Assembly (NCBI GenBank): GCA_050943115.1
Contig: JBMNON010000001.1
Span: forward strand, 50,023-114,022
Direction: 5' to 3'
DNA length: 64,000 nt
Source: Patescibacteria group bacterium
GTDB lineage: Bacteria; Patescibacteriota; Microgenomatia; UBA12405
A model generated the notes under the pieces. It saw only the letters and a list, made by a program, of their open reading frames with translations. It did not search any database and was not told the DNA's origin. Of the stretch, positions 55,222-64,000 are shown piece by piece. Every line of letters begins with the position of its first letter. The first letter of the stretch is position 1. Both the position numbers and the translations under genes were made by a program.

Positions 55222-56184
55222 TTATTCATTCCTCACCACCAAAGGTATAAAAACCTTGTTTTTTAACTCTGGTGCCGGTGTGGGTGTTGCTGGCGGTTGC
55301 TGGTCAAAGTTAAGCTTGAGAGTGTCTATATAAGCATTCAAATTCGTATCTGGCATTTTCCCTACATCGTTAACATACTCATAGGGCATCATCGCTATAG
55401 ACACATCATAAAGTTGACTCCACCACAAATAAAATACCCCCATGCTACCATCCGGAGTTACCACATTATCATCATAGCCGATTAATGGTACTGCGTGACC
55501 GCTGGTAAACTCCTGTCCGTCAGACAATCTCTTGACAAAACCGCCATTATAAGTTTCTAGACTTCCTGGAAAAGTGGGAAATCCTAAGACTATTGGACCT
55601 GTCATCACTCTCTTCCTAACCTCCGCCACAGCATCCGTCTGCCTGATTTCTGTTGGGTTATACATTTTCAAATCAAAACTGCTAGGCCGATAGTTTAATG
55701 CATCTTGCTTTTGTTCATCGGTTGGTATTGAAGTCGGATCGCCTTGCTCAATAAAATTCGGAGCGATATGATTGCGGCAGATCCCATTTCTCACCAAAGC
55801 ATCTCCTGTTTGATACAAAGATAAAACAACTGATCTCCAGCTTCCCGTTAAGAAATTCGGGTTAAATACCTGGTCAGAATAGGGGTCGCTTGAAGCTTGG
55901 TTGCAAATCCCTTCTCTGAATCCACCATACAATCGATTCATTTCCATTCTCATTAATTCGGATGTAGCTAAAGAGGTACAGTTTGATGTTCCTTGAAATG
56001 ATGCCCGGTACGGAACATGTGTTTCCCAGCTCACTCTCTCTGGGAGTGTCTCTACCAAAGGTGCTGCTTCTACTTTACTTCCCCCGTAAAACCTCCTGCC
56101 AATCTCCTCGGCTACCAAACCCGCTCCCGTCAACCCGGCCAGCCTCAAAAATTCTCTTCTGTCAAATTTTCTCTCTTTTTTCAT
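55222..56184 (-). CDS. Tat-signal papain-like (C1) cysteine peptidase
   Basis: RREFLRLAGLTGAG Tat motif; QGTSNCTSLA (Gln/Cys), SGHAVPLIGYDDN (His), and FYLWWSQ, a probable Asn/Trp region. Confidence 0.5.
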   Translation of the reverse strand: MKKERKFDRREFLRLAGLTGAGLVAEEIGRRFYGGSKVEAAPLVETLPERVSWETHVPYRASFQGTSNCTSLATSELMRMEMNRLYGGFREGICNQASSDPYSDQVFNPNFLTGSWRSVVLSLYQTGDALVRNGICRNHIAPNFIEQGDPTSIPTDEQKQDALNYRPSSFDLKMYNPTEIRQTDAVAEVRKRVMTGPIVLGFPTFPGSLETYNGGFVKRLSDGQEFTSGHAVPLIGYDDNVVTPDGSMGVFYLWWSQLYDVSIAMMPYEYVNDVGKMPDTNLNAYIDTLKLNFDQQPPATPTPAPELKNKVFIPLVVRNE

Positions 56185-56216
56185 AAAAACAAAAAACCGG
56201 CCGCAAAACGGCCGGT
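56185..56216 (-). terminator. intrinsic terminator hairpin (minus strand) ending 1 nt before the C1 peptidase start codon
   Basis: Minus-strand GACCGGCCG-uuuug-CGGCCGGUU followed by UUUUUUGUUUUU then AUG. Confidence 0.5.
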
Positions 56217-56463
56217 CGGATTAACGATTATTTGTCAAAAAACTATAAATATAATGCAAGATTCCTGCAAATATTTGCATTTGCGCAATTATAATCCCCA
56301 AAGATCCCAAAGTCAATATATTATAGGATACATATCAAATACACACTACTTCCTCTCCGCGCCTACGCAACCATGACATACAAAAACAGACTATCAGACT
56401 ATAGGATAATACCTTAACTTAAGCAGAAATATAAAACACAATAAGTATCAAGATTACAGTAAT

Positions 56464-57477
56464 TTATATAACACTTACCTTGCAAAAATCTACGATACTA
56501 CCAACAGTCGTCTCCACGATACGGCCTATCGCCTCCCTGGTATTAAAGGCATTATGGGGTGTCAACACCACGTCATCCCGGTCCCGCAATAAATGATAGC
56601 TGACCATTTCCCTCAAATCATCCTTCGTCACACCATTAGCCAACACTCCCTCTCCGTTATCAATCAAAAGTCCTTCTTCCTCAACTACATCCAAACCGGC
56701 TCCGGCCAAAATACCTTTATTAAGCGCCCACACTATCGCCTCCGCCTCCACCACAGTCCCCCGCGAAGTGTTAATCAGGATACATCCCCGTTTCATCAGT
56801 TTTATGTTCTCTTTGTTTATCAAATGGAATGTTTCCGGAATACTGGGCACATGCAAACTGACAAAATCCGATTCTTTCAAACACTTTTCCAAATCGGCAT
56901 ATTTAAAACCCATTTTTTTCTCGAGTCCGGGTACTCTGTGTCCATCGACCCCCAAAACTTTCATTCTAAAGCCTCTGGCGAAACGAATCATATTTTGTCC
57001 TATCTTTCCAACACCAATTACACCCATAGTTTTTCCGGCCAAATCCACACCCGTCAAACCTTCCGGACTAAAGTAATTCTCTTCCACAGCCTGGTGCCCG
57101 CAGACAATTTTCTTGGCAACGGCCAAAAGCAACGCCATTGCGTATTCAGCCACCGTCTCCGACCCGTATACCGGCACGTTTTCCACCTTAATTCCCCTAC
57201 TCTTAGCTTCCTCCACATCTATATGGTCAATCCCCGTCGATCTGGAAGCAATCATTTTTAGCTTCGGCAATTTTTCCAAAACCTTCTTGTCCATTTTGGA
57301 ATATATAAAAGTTGAAATTACATCATATTCTTTGGCAATTTCCAAATCTTCATGAACTTCTTTTTCAAATATCCCAATCCCGAAACTATCAATCCGCGAA
57401 ATCTCTTTTTCGATAATCTCCCTTTCCCACGGCTTAACTCCAAAAAAGGCAATCTTAAAATTTTCTCTGTTATTCAT
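56464..57477 (-). CDS. D-isomer-specific 2-hydroxyacid dehydrogenase (D-lactate dehydrogenase-like)
   Basis: GKTMGVIGVGKIGQ NAD-binding; catalytic R/E/H region VLTPHNAFNT. Confidence 0.75.
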   Translation of the reverse strand: MNNRENFKIAFFGVKPWEREIIEKEISRIDSFGIGIFEKEVHEDLEIAKEYDVISTFIYSKMDKKVLEKLPKLKMIASRSTGIDHIDVEEAKSRGIKVENVPVYGSETVAEYAMALLLAVAKKIVCGHQAVEENYFSPEGLTGVDLAGKTMGVIGVGKIGQNMIRFARGFRMKVLGVDGHRVPGLEKKMGFKYADLEKCLKESDFVSLHVPSIPETFHLINKENIKLMKRGCILINTSRGTVVEAEAIVWALNKGILAGAGLDVVEEEGLLIDNGEGVLANGVTKDDLREMVSYHLLRDRDDVVLTPHNAFNTREAIGRIVETTVGSIVDFCKVSVI

Positions 57478-57633
57478 ACCAAAATTTTACACTAAATCTA
57501 AACTTTTCCCATACCTGCCAACTACACTATATCTGGTGTCAATAATTATCTATTTACCTTGTTGACACACAAATATCCAATATGTTTTACTGATTACAGT
57601 TATACATTATTTTGATACAACAGGAATCAGTAT

Positions 57634-57891
57634 ATGGATGAACAAACTCAAACACAAGATAAACTTGTGAATCAAAACTCCACCCCCAAAAAGGTCAATG
57701 GCGTTTCTATCGACAATCTTCCCGACCTTCTTACAGTCGCAGAAGTTGCCGATCTTCTCAGGGTTAGTAAATTAACAATCAAAAGGTGGGGTAAAAGAGG
57801 CAAACTTCCTGCTATCCGTATCAATGCTCGCGGTGACCGCCGCTACCGAAAAGAAGCTGTTCTTTGGCTTTTAGGTATCCAAAGCGAATAA
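57634..57891 (+). CDS. excisionase/MerR-like helix-turn-helix DNA-binding protein
   Basis: LLTVAEVADLLRVSKLTIKRWGKRGKLPAIRI matches the HTH_17/Xis pattern. Confidence 0.45.
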   Translation: MDEQTQTQDKLVNQNSTPKKVNGVSIDNLPDLLTVAEVADLLRVSKLTIKRWGKRGKLPAIRINARGDRRYRKEAVLWLLGIQSE

Positions 57892-57933
57892 ATCATTCGT
57901 CCCAATGTCACTGGGACCCCAAAAAATGCCACT

Positions 57934-57968
57934 AAGGTGTTTTGGCTTCGCCAGGACACCTTTTTTGG
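57934..57968 (+). terminator. rho-independent terminator (serves HTH gene; hairpin shared with ruvB end)
   Basis: AAGGTGT-tttggcttcgccagg-ACACCTT followed by TTTTTGG. Confidence 0.6.
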
Positions 57969-57969
57969 T

Positions 57970-58932
57970 TTAAGAAACTAACACTCTTCCCCTTGGTGTT
58001 CTCTTTACCAGCCCCTTTTTCATCAAAAATGGCTCGTATACTTCGGTAATCGTACCCACATCCTCGGTCAATGCCGCTGCCAAATTCTCCACTCCCACCG
58101 GCCCGCCATCATAATGCACCCTGATCACCTCCAAATATTTTCTGTCCGCCTCCGATAGTCCCATTTCATCCACTCCCAGCATCTTTAATGCTGTTTTAGC
58201 TTCATTTATGGTAATCAGTCCGTCGTTGTTGACTTGGGCATAATCTCTTACCCGCCGCAGTAGACGATTGGCCACCCTGGGCGTCCCCCTTGACCTTTTG
58301 GCAATTTCCAATGCCGCTTCTTTCTCAATTTTTACCTTCAAAACTTCTGCCGTTCTCTCCACAATTTCCCTCAAACTGTCCTCCGTATAAAAATCCAATT
58401 GCTGGACGTAACCGAACCTGTCTCTCATTGGTCCGCCGATCAATCCGATCCTGGTTGTTGCTCCTACTACCGTAAACTTCTGTAAATTCAACCTAACCGT
58501 TTTTGCTGACGGTCCCTTGCCCAAAACAATATCCAAAGCAAAATCTTCCATAGCACTGTACAGTGTTTCCTCTACCAGTTTATTCATCCGGTGGATCTCG
58601 TCTATAAACAAAAAATCGCCCTTCTTTAGTCCGGACAGAATTGCTGCTAAATCCCCCGCTCTGGTCAAAGCCGGTCCCGAAGTGATCTTGATATTCGCCC
58701 CCATTTCCTTTGCCATCAGAAAAGACAATGTGGTTTTCCCCAATCCCGGCGGACCGTAAAACAGAATGTGGTCCAACGGCTCACCTCTCGACCTTGCTGC
58801 TTCCAAAAATATCCCCAACTGTTCCTTTAATCTTTCCTGACCGATAAATTCACCTAAACTCTGCGGTCGTAAACTCTTCTCGATAATTTTTTCTTCCTTT
58901 TTTGGCCTGGCATCTAAATTCATATCACTCAT
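57970..58932 (-). CDS. ruvB: Holliday junction branch-migration helicase RuvB
   Basis: [24 protein letters not shown] Walker A, DEIHRM Walker B. Confidence 0.9.
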   Translation of the reverse strand: MSDMNLDARPKKEEKIIEKSLRPQSLGEFIGQERLKEQLGIFLEAARSRGEPLDHILFYGPPGLGKTTLSFLMAKEMGANIKITSGPALTRAGDLAAILSGLKKGDFLFIDEIHRMNKLVEETLYSAMEDFALDIVLGKGPSAKTVRLNLQKFTVVGATTRIGLIGGPMRDRFGYVQQLDFYTEDSLREIVERTAEVLKVKIEKEAALEIAKRSRGTPRVANRLLRRVRDYAQVNNDGLITINEAKTALKMLGVDEMGLSEADRKYLEVIRVHYDGGPVGVENLAAALTEDVGTITEVYEPFLMKKGLVKRTPRGRVLVS

Positions 58933-59238
58933 CCTTTTATTCTACATCAAAACCCAAATTACCCTCCCCAAAACCCTATTCAATTCATCAGGCACCACAA
59001 AGTCTCTCTTTACCTATCCCCAAAAATTTGGACCTTGGCTTGCATATTAAAACCCAGTCACCATGTCCATTAACAGGATGAACCGTCTTCTCCTCCCCCC
59101 TGTTGGCTGGACAAACCGGGCATTGCTCCTCCATAGTATATCTGATTCTCTCTTCTGTCCCCTATAGCAATACTCTTCCTGCCGGACAACGGCTCACATA
59201 TACAAATCTGCTGTCTTGTTCCTTTGGCATATTCGTAT

Positions 59239-59811
59239 TTATACCATATTCGCCAGACACCAACTCAACCTTTCCTCCACACCGCCTATCTCCTGCGGCA
59301 GTTTCCTTATCACCGACTCAATTTCCACCCTGCCAAAACCTAATTGTTTTAAGCTCAAATACAAATCATCCTCTACCACCTCACTCTCCTGCCCTAAGTC
59401 CAACTCTCCCAAACCTCCAATTTTTGGCTTTAAGTCAACAATAATTCTTTGGGCTGCCTTCTTGCCGATTCCCTTAATTTTTTCAAAAAACTTCACATCG
59501 GCATCCCCGATAGCTTTTAGAATATCAATATAGCTGCATTCACCCAAAATTTGTGCTGCCGTCTTTGGACCGATTCCGGAAACCCCGATAATCATTTTGA
59601 AAAGCTCCACCTCTTCCGGACTTTCAAAACCAAACAAACTCATGTCAGTCTCTGATACCGCCATGTAGGTTTCCACTCTTATCTCTTCGCCTTCTTTATG
59701 TTTCCGAAGATAGCCGTTGCCTACTCTTACCAAATATCCCACTCCATTAACATCAATCTCTATCAAACTACCTCTTGTTCTGCTGATTATCCCCCTTAAA
59801 CTGGAAATCAT
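59239..59811 (-). CDS. ruvA: Holliday junction DNA helicase RuvA
   Basis: MISSLRGIISR...GVGYLV; GVSGIGPKTAAQIL HhH motifs. Confidence 0.8.
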   Translation of the reverse strand: MISSLRGIISRTRGSLIEIDVNGVGYLVRVGNGYLRKHKEGEEIRVETYMAVSETDMSLFGFESPEEVELFKMIIGVSGIGPKTAAQILGECSYIDILKAIGDADVKFFEKIKGIGKKAAQRIIVDLKPKIGGLGELDLGQESEVVEDDLYLSLKQLGFGRVEIESVIRKLPQEIGGVEERLSWCLANMV

Positions 59812-59827
59812 AATTTATTATAAAGGA

Positions 59828-60427
59828 TCATTTGCCCAAATATCTCTCCGTCGTTCTCCTGGCCCTGTCCAAAATTCCCGCGGCCTCCTCCGCTGCCTCT
59901 GATCCCTCCATATTTCTTATAATAAAATAGTCAGCCCAATGGACAAAAGGGGTGAACGCCTTATTTTCTCGACTGCCGTATCTTTTCTCCGATTCAATAG
60001 CATTATAATCATGGGCCAAATCCCACAAAAAGTTCAATTCTTCCACCTGATCCATAGATCCTTCTTTCATTTTCCTGTAAGCTTCCGGATGGATAATCAT
60101 CACAAATTTATTGCCCCGCCTGCTTTCCTTGATTCTTTTAACCCTTACCTGGTTCTCATCGTAGGTATACAATTCCCCCTTTTTACCACTGTACAACCCT
60201 TCCTCATCTACGGCAACCACCACCCCCTCCCTATCCAATACTTCTTGGAATCTTGTCAACGCCTCACCGCTGCTTCTTCCGTTGTAAAGATTCTCCAAAC
60301 CACCTCTCAGTGCTCTGATGCCTTCAGAACTTCCCACGAAATTGGCCGCCTCTCTTCTTATATCCGTTTCCCTTACTTCCTTCCTGACACCCATAAATAA
60401 TTCTTTTATTCCGCCGTCAATTCCCAT
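59828..60427 (-). CDS. hypothetical protein inserted between ruvA and ruvC
   Basis: ORF, moderately GC-enriched; no family recognised. Confidence 0.4.
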   Translation of the reverse strand: MGIDGGIKELFMGVRKEVRETDIRREAANFVGSSEGIRALRGGLENLYNGRSSGEALTRFQEVLDREGVVVAVDEEGLYSGKKGELYTYDENQVRVKRIKESRRGNKFVMIIHPEAYRKMKEGSMDQVEELNFLWDLAHDYNAIESEKRYGSRENKAFTPFVHWADYFIIRNMEGSEAAEEAAGILDRARRTTERYLGK

Positions 60428-60435
60428 AATGTCTC

Positions 60436-60702
60436 CTATTCACACGCCCAATCCTCGCAATTTCCCCTCTTGCATTGTAAATCCAATAGACAAAAACAAT
60501 TTCTGCCCGAATTCCACAATCCGCATCTTTCCTCCTCATCTTCCTCCCCTTCCAGATAGCCCATCTCCGTGTTCATCACATATTTTTCTTCGGCAAAATT
60601 CCTGTTGTCCTGGTTTTGTCCCACCAGCCTCAAAGCCAAAGGCAGCGACAAAACCATAATTGCCAGCACCAACACCAGGGGAATTTGCGTTAATCCTTTC
60701 AT
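60436..60702 (-). CDS. small secreted 6-Cys peptide (paralog 1)
   Basis: Signal peptide, then C-terminal RCGLWNSGRNCFCLLDLQCKRGNCEDWACE. Confidence 0.45.
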   Translation of the reverse strand: MKGLTQIPLVLVLAIMVLSLPLALRLVGQNQDNRNFAEEKYVMNTEMGYLEGEEDEEERCGLWNSGRNCFCLLDLQCKRGNCEDWACE

Positions 60703-60706
60703 ATTT

Positions 60707-61036
60707 TCATTTTACACTTTCGTCTTCACAATACCAATCGACACAGTTTTTACTCAAACACTGGTTGCTCATCAGACAAAAGCAGCCTTCCTTTAAGTTG
60801 ATTAAAACGCATTTTTCCTTTACCTGCACACTACCATACAAAGTCGCCATCTCATCCACCTGGTTAACTTCCAAAATATACGGATCTCTGCCAGGTAATT
60901 TGTCGGAAGCCCTATCCCGTAAATCCCTTTTTTCTTTAACAGACTTCACCAAAGTCGGCAGCATCCCCGCCATAAACAGCATTATCACAATAACCCCGAT
61001 ACTTGATCCACCATCCTGCCTTTTTACTGGGCCCAT
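60707..61036 (-). CDS. small membrane-anchored/secreted 6-Cys peptide (paralog 2)
   Basis: C-terminal KCVLINLKEGCFCLMSNQCLSKNCVDWYCE shares the C..C.CL...QC...NC.DW.CE spacing with paralog 1. Confidence 0.45.
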   Translation of the reverse strand: MGPVKRQDGGSSIGVIVIMLFMAGMLPTLVKSVKEKRDLRDRASDKLPGRDPYILEVNQVDEMATLYGSVQVKEKCVLINLKEGCFCLMSNQCLSKNCVDWYCEDESVK

Positions 61037-61056
61037 TTACATAAATTGTACTCTAT

Positions 61057-61527
61057 TTAAGCTACTTTTAGTCGGGCCGTAAATAAGTGTGTCAAAGCCA
61101 CCGCCACCGCATCCGAAGCGTGTCCTGGCTTTATCGGCTCACTTCTCCCCAAAAAATTCCTCACCATCATCTCCACCTGTTCTTTTTCCGCCCTTCCGTA
61201 ACCCACCAAAGCCATCTTTACCTGTAGGGGGGTATATTCCTTTACTTCTATTCCGCTTTTTTGTCCGCACACCTTTAACACTCCTATCGCTTCCGCCACC
61301 TTTATCGCCGATTTGGCATTTTTAGCAAAATAAAGGCTTTCGATAGCCACCTCTCTCACACCATATTTATTTATGATTTGTTCTAATTCGGTATATATCT
61401 GATATAGCCTAATTGCTGAACTGTTTTCAATTTTTGTCCTAAAGCAACCACAGTCCACCAATGTCCTTTCGTCCTTTAAAACCGCCCAACCGGTATTTGC
61501 TAAACCCGGATCAATTCCCAATATCAT
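61057..61527 (-). CDS. ruvC: crossover junction endodeoxyribonuclease RuvC
   Basis: MILGIDPGLANTGWAVL; catalytic acidic residues follow the RuvC pattern. Confidence 0.8.
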   Translation of the reverse strand: MILGIDPGLANTGWAVLKDERTLVDCGCFRTKIENSSAIRLYQIYTELEQIINKYGVREVAIESLYFAKNAKSAIKVAEAIGVLKVCGQKSGIEVKEYTPLQVKMALVGYGRAEKEQVEMMVRNFLGRSEPIKPGHASDAVAVALTHLFTARLKVA

Positions 61528-62350
61528 TATTTTCTGAAATTATAACCTGCCTCTCTAATATACCACTCTTGATCTTAAATTCCGTGTACCTGGGTGCCTG
61601 AGTATTCCGGTTTCTGCTGACTGCCCCAACCAGATAAGTCCTGATTCCGTCAATCTCATAAGAACTGGAATAGTGTAAGTGACCGGCAATAATATCCTTA
61701 ACCCCTTCGTTTCTCAGAATCTCCAACAAATTTTTAGCCTCCCTGCTTACTTCTTCGTTGCCCTCCCCCATCACATAGGTTGAAAAGTTGTGATTAAGCG
61801 GCATATGCATTACCGCCACACAATAATAATCCCCGCACTCATCTAGCTCTTCTTTTATCCAGTCAAACTGCTCTCTCCCCAAACCTTTTTCGCTGCCGTT
61901 GTTTATCAGAATAAACTTATTGTCTTCGGTCTTAAAGCTTTGGTATTCTCTTCCAAAATATTCAGAAAACACATTTTCCCCGTTCTTCTCGCCCCACCAC
62001 AAATCATGATTTCCGGGAACGGCATAATAGCTCACCCCGCCCCTCTCCAGCATCTCCTTTGCTTTTGCTGTCTCCTGCCTGGTCCCCAGTGAAGTCATGT
62101 CCCCGGCCACCAAAACAAACTCACTGCCCCTTTCCCCAGCCTTTTCCAAAAATTTCTCCATGTCGCTCCAATTCAAATGAATATCAGCCATTACAGCAAA
62201 CCTTACCTCCCTTGCCTCCTTCACCGTTGGCTCAATTTCTGTTGGCTCACCTTCAGTCTTTATTACCCCACCGTCCCAAAAACCGTATCTCCAGGCTACC
62301 AATGCCAACAAAACTAATACGATTACCCAATTCATCAGCTTTCTTGTCAT
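61511..62350 (-). CDS. membrane-anchored calcineurin-like metallophosphoesterase
   Basis: AVMADIHLN, VAGDMTS, VPGNHD, GHLH are the metallophosphoesterase motifs. Confidence 0.65.
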   Translation of the reverse strand: MTRKLMNWVIVLVLLALVAWRYGFWDGGVIKTEGEPTEIEPTVKEAREVRFAVMADIHLNWSDMEKFLEKAGERGSEFVLVAGDMTSLGTRQETAKAKEMLERGGVSYYAVPGNHDLWWGEKNGENVFSEYFGREYQSFKTEDNKFILINNGSEKGLGREQFDWIKEELDECGDYYCVAVMHMPLNHNFSTYVMGEGNEEVSREAKNLLEILRNEGVKDIIAGHLHYSSSYEIDGIRTYLVGAVSRNRNTQAPRYTEFKIKSGILERQVIISENNDIGN

Positions 62351-62534
62351 TCTTAATTTTACCTAATTTATTAAACAAACAAATTATAGGATAAGTTAAT
62401 AATTACTCACTTTTCCACATCAACAACCTATAATTAGATATTACATAAATTTCATCAATGTTATTAGGATAATATCCTTGAATGTCACCTGCTGTTAGGT
62501 TAAACAAGCTCCTGTACATAAGCTATAATCACTT

Positions 62535-63491
62535 ATGGACCAGTCCCTTGTCCTTCAAATCCAAAATCGCTTTCCTGAAATTAACATCAAAACTGATTAT
62601 CCCCTGGCTCCTTTCACCACCTTAAAAATTGGCGGTCCTGCCGATATATTTATTCAAACCGAATCGGTATCTCAGCTTACCCGTCTCCTTACTTTCTTGG
62701 CATCCCAAAGTACCCCCATTACTATCCTTGGCAACGGTTCCAACATTCTCATCTCCGATTTCGGACTCTCCGGCGTAGTCATAAAAAACACCGGCAATTC
62801 TATTACTACTTCCGAATCTAATCCCAACCACGTTACTATCTCTTCCGGTACCAGTTTGGCTTATGCCATTAATTGGACTCTAGACCATCACCTTACGGGT
62901 CTTGAATATTACGCCTATATCCCCGCCACCATCGGCGGTGCCGTTTATTCCCATATCCATGGTGTTGAAAATCATCAGTTTTCTCAAATCCTCAACACTG
63001 TCACCGTCTTTAATCTTAAAAAACGAAAAGTTGAAAACTTGCAGGCAACCGCTTTGAAATGGGCTTATGACTACTCCCAGCTTCAGGACGAACCCCACCT
63101 TGTTATTCTCTCCGCCAAGTTCAATCTAATTCCTGGCAACCCCCAAAAAGCTAAACAGTTCGCCAAAGATATTATTGACCAAAAATCATCAGTTCAACCA
63201 CTTAATTCCGCAGGATCGGTATTTAAAAATCCCACACCCAAAGACTGCCTTCCCCTGTGGGGCGAAACCAAATCTGCCGGTTGGATTATTGAACACGAAC
63301 TCAACTTAAAAGGTTATTCCTTGGGTGACGCTCAGATCGGCCCTCAGCACGCCAACATCTTCACCAACCAGGACAAGGCTACCGCTTCTGACTTCTACCG
63401 TCTTATCCGGCTCGTCCAGGATCAATCGCTAAAAAAACTGGGCTTACCCCTTCAATTAGAAATTCAACTTCTCGGCCAATTTAAAGACTAA
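62535..63491 (+). CDS. murB: UDP-N-acetylenolpyruvoylglucosamine reductase (short form, second copy)
   Basis: LAPFTTLKIGGPADIF, ITILGNGSNILI, and C-terminal SAGSVFKNP and GDAQIGPQHANIFTN. Confidence 0.75.
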   Translation: MDQSLVLQIQNRFPEINIKTDYPLAPFTTLKIGGPADIFIQTESVSQLTRLLTFLASQSTPITILGNGSNILISDFGLSGVVIKNTGNSITTSESNPNHVTISSGTSLAYAINWTLDHHLTGLEYYAYIPATIGGAVYSHIHGVENHQFSQILNTVTVFNLKKRKVENLQATALKWAYDYSQLQDEPHLVILSAKFNLIPGNPQKAKQFAKDIIDQKSSVQPLNSAGSVFKNPTPKDCLPLWGETKSAGWIIEHELNLKGYSLGDAQIGPQHANIFTNQDKATASDFYRLIRLVQDQSLKKLGLPLQLEIQLLGQFKD

Positions 63492-63750
63492 ATATTCTCT
63501 TGGATTTCCTCTTCCCAAGGAGCCAAAGGGTGTCTTCTCCTTCTTATCTGAATCGCATCCGCCTTTTCCGGGTCCAAGTCCTCAACAAAGGTTTCATCAA
63601 AACAATAAGCTCCGTCCCTCAACCTGATTCCATAGCTCACTCTCTCATTCACCAGCTTCCAAGCTCTTACACCTATTCCGCTTATATGTTCAACTATCCC
63701 ATGGCACCCCCCACAAATCCTTAATAAATATCTTTAATTTTAAAACGCTA

Positions 63751-64000
63751 CTATGTTACTTTTCCACTATCAAGCAATATCCTGGCAACAAACTTCGGCA
63801 GTTCCATCTGCCTCCTCCATCTTTTTGGTTCTTTGACAAGTGAGTATAGCCACTCCAAACCCATCTTCCTAAGCATCATAGGAGCCCTTTTTAAATCACC
63901 ACTGTAATAGTCAAAACTCCTCCCGACTCCCATCACCATGCCTACTTTTAATTTCTTTAAATTTCTGTCAATCCATTCCTCCTGCCTTTTCATTCCATAA
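63751..64000 (-). CDS. GT26 WecG/TagA/CpsF-family glycosyltransferase (3' part; continues beyond window end)
   Basis: GMKRQEEWIDRNLKKLKVGMVMGVGRSFDYYSGDLKRAPMMLRKMGLEWLYSLVKEPKRW matches the GT26 C-terminal signature. The frame is open to nt 64000. Confidence 0.6.
   Translation of the reverse strand, partial: YGMKRQEEWIDRNLKKLKVGMVMGVGRSFDYYSGDLKRAPMMLRKMGLEWLYSLVKEPKRWRRQMELPKFVARILLDSGKVT

Noticed and set aside
57634-57891. Mobile element or prophage call based on the excisionase-like HTH gene
   Set aside because: No integrase, transposase, att-like repeats or phage structural genes were seen anywhere in the window. A lone HTH_17 protein is insufficient.
63500-63724. 74-aa + strand ORF after murB2
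   Set aside because: No SD or promoter context and low-complexity composition. It lies in the 3' region between convergent genes.
1-64000. CRISPR array or other tandem direct-repeat array
   Set aside because: No regularly spaced direct repeats were seen by eye. The only tandem repetition is the protein-coding TP repeat at 2925..3165.

Overview
This 64 kb window is low-GC (about 40%), with compact, often overlapping genes and weak or absent Shine-Dalgarno sites. That style is typical of a reduced genome, possibly CPR/Patescibacteria-like, though the taxonomic placement is an inference. Core genes recognisable from motifs are hpf, rpmG, glyA, tdk, tmk, dcd, nrdR-nrdJ with a PduO-type adenosyltransferase, secE-nusG-rplK-rplA, rplJ-rplL, ruvC/ruvA/ruvB, two murB paralogs, galU, mpg, tRNA-Trp and tRNA-Ala. 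There are also many surface and glycosylation genes: GT2, GT4, GT-C-like and a GT26 fragment. The most notable region is a co-directional block at about 17.9-25.9 kb. It holds three compositionally foreign, GC-rich (~55-60%) cassettes, each with a consensus sigma70-like promoter, a long structured leader, a signal-peptide protein with a Pro/Thr-rich linker, and a terminator hairpin. These cassettes are interleaved with native-composition GT2 (polyprenyl-phosphate sugar synthase-like), GT4 and a large GT-C-like membrane protein. A complete type III hammerhead ribozyme (GUC cleavage site / CUGAUGA / GAAA core) lies exactly at the junction between the first cassette and the GT2 gene. A fourth GC-rich cassette at 2.8-3.5 kb encodes a TP-repeat surface protein with a sortase-like sorting signal. 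Other notable features:
- an rpmG-radical SAM/SPASM-epmA arrangement with overlapping stop/start codons;
- a 7 kb accessory insertion splitting rplKA from rplJL, including a second paralogous rSAM/SPASM gene;
- an S41 peptidase carrying a J-domain-like module with HPD replaced by DPE;
- two tandem paralogous 6-Cys secreted peptides inserted within ruvC-ruvA-ruvB;
- a nested perfect palindrome centred on a -10 box.
No CRISPR array, transposase or integrase was seen. All coordinates and motifs were read by eye from the sequence; family assignments rest on recalled motifs and were not database-searched.
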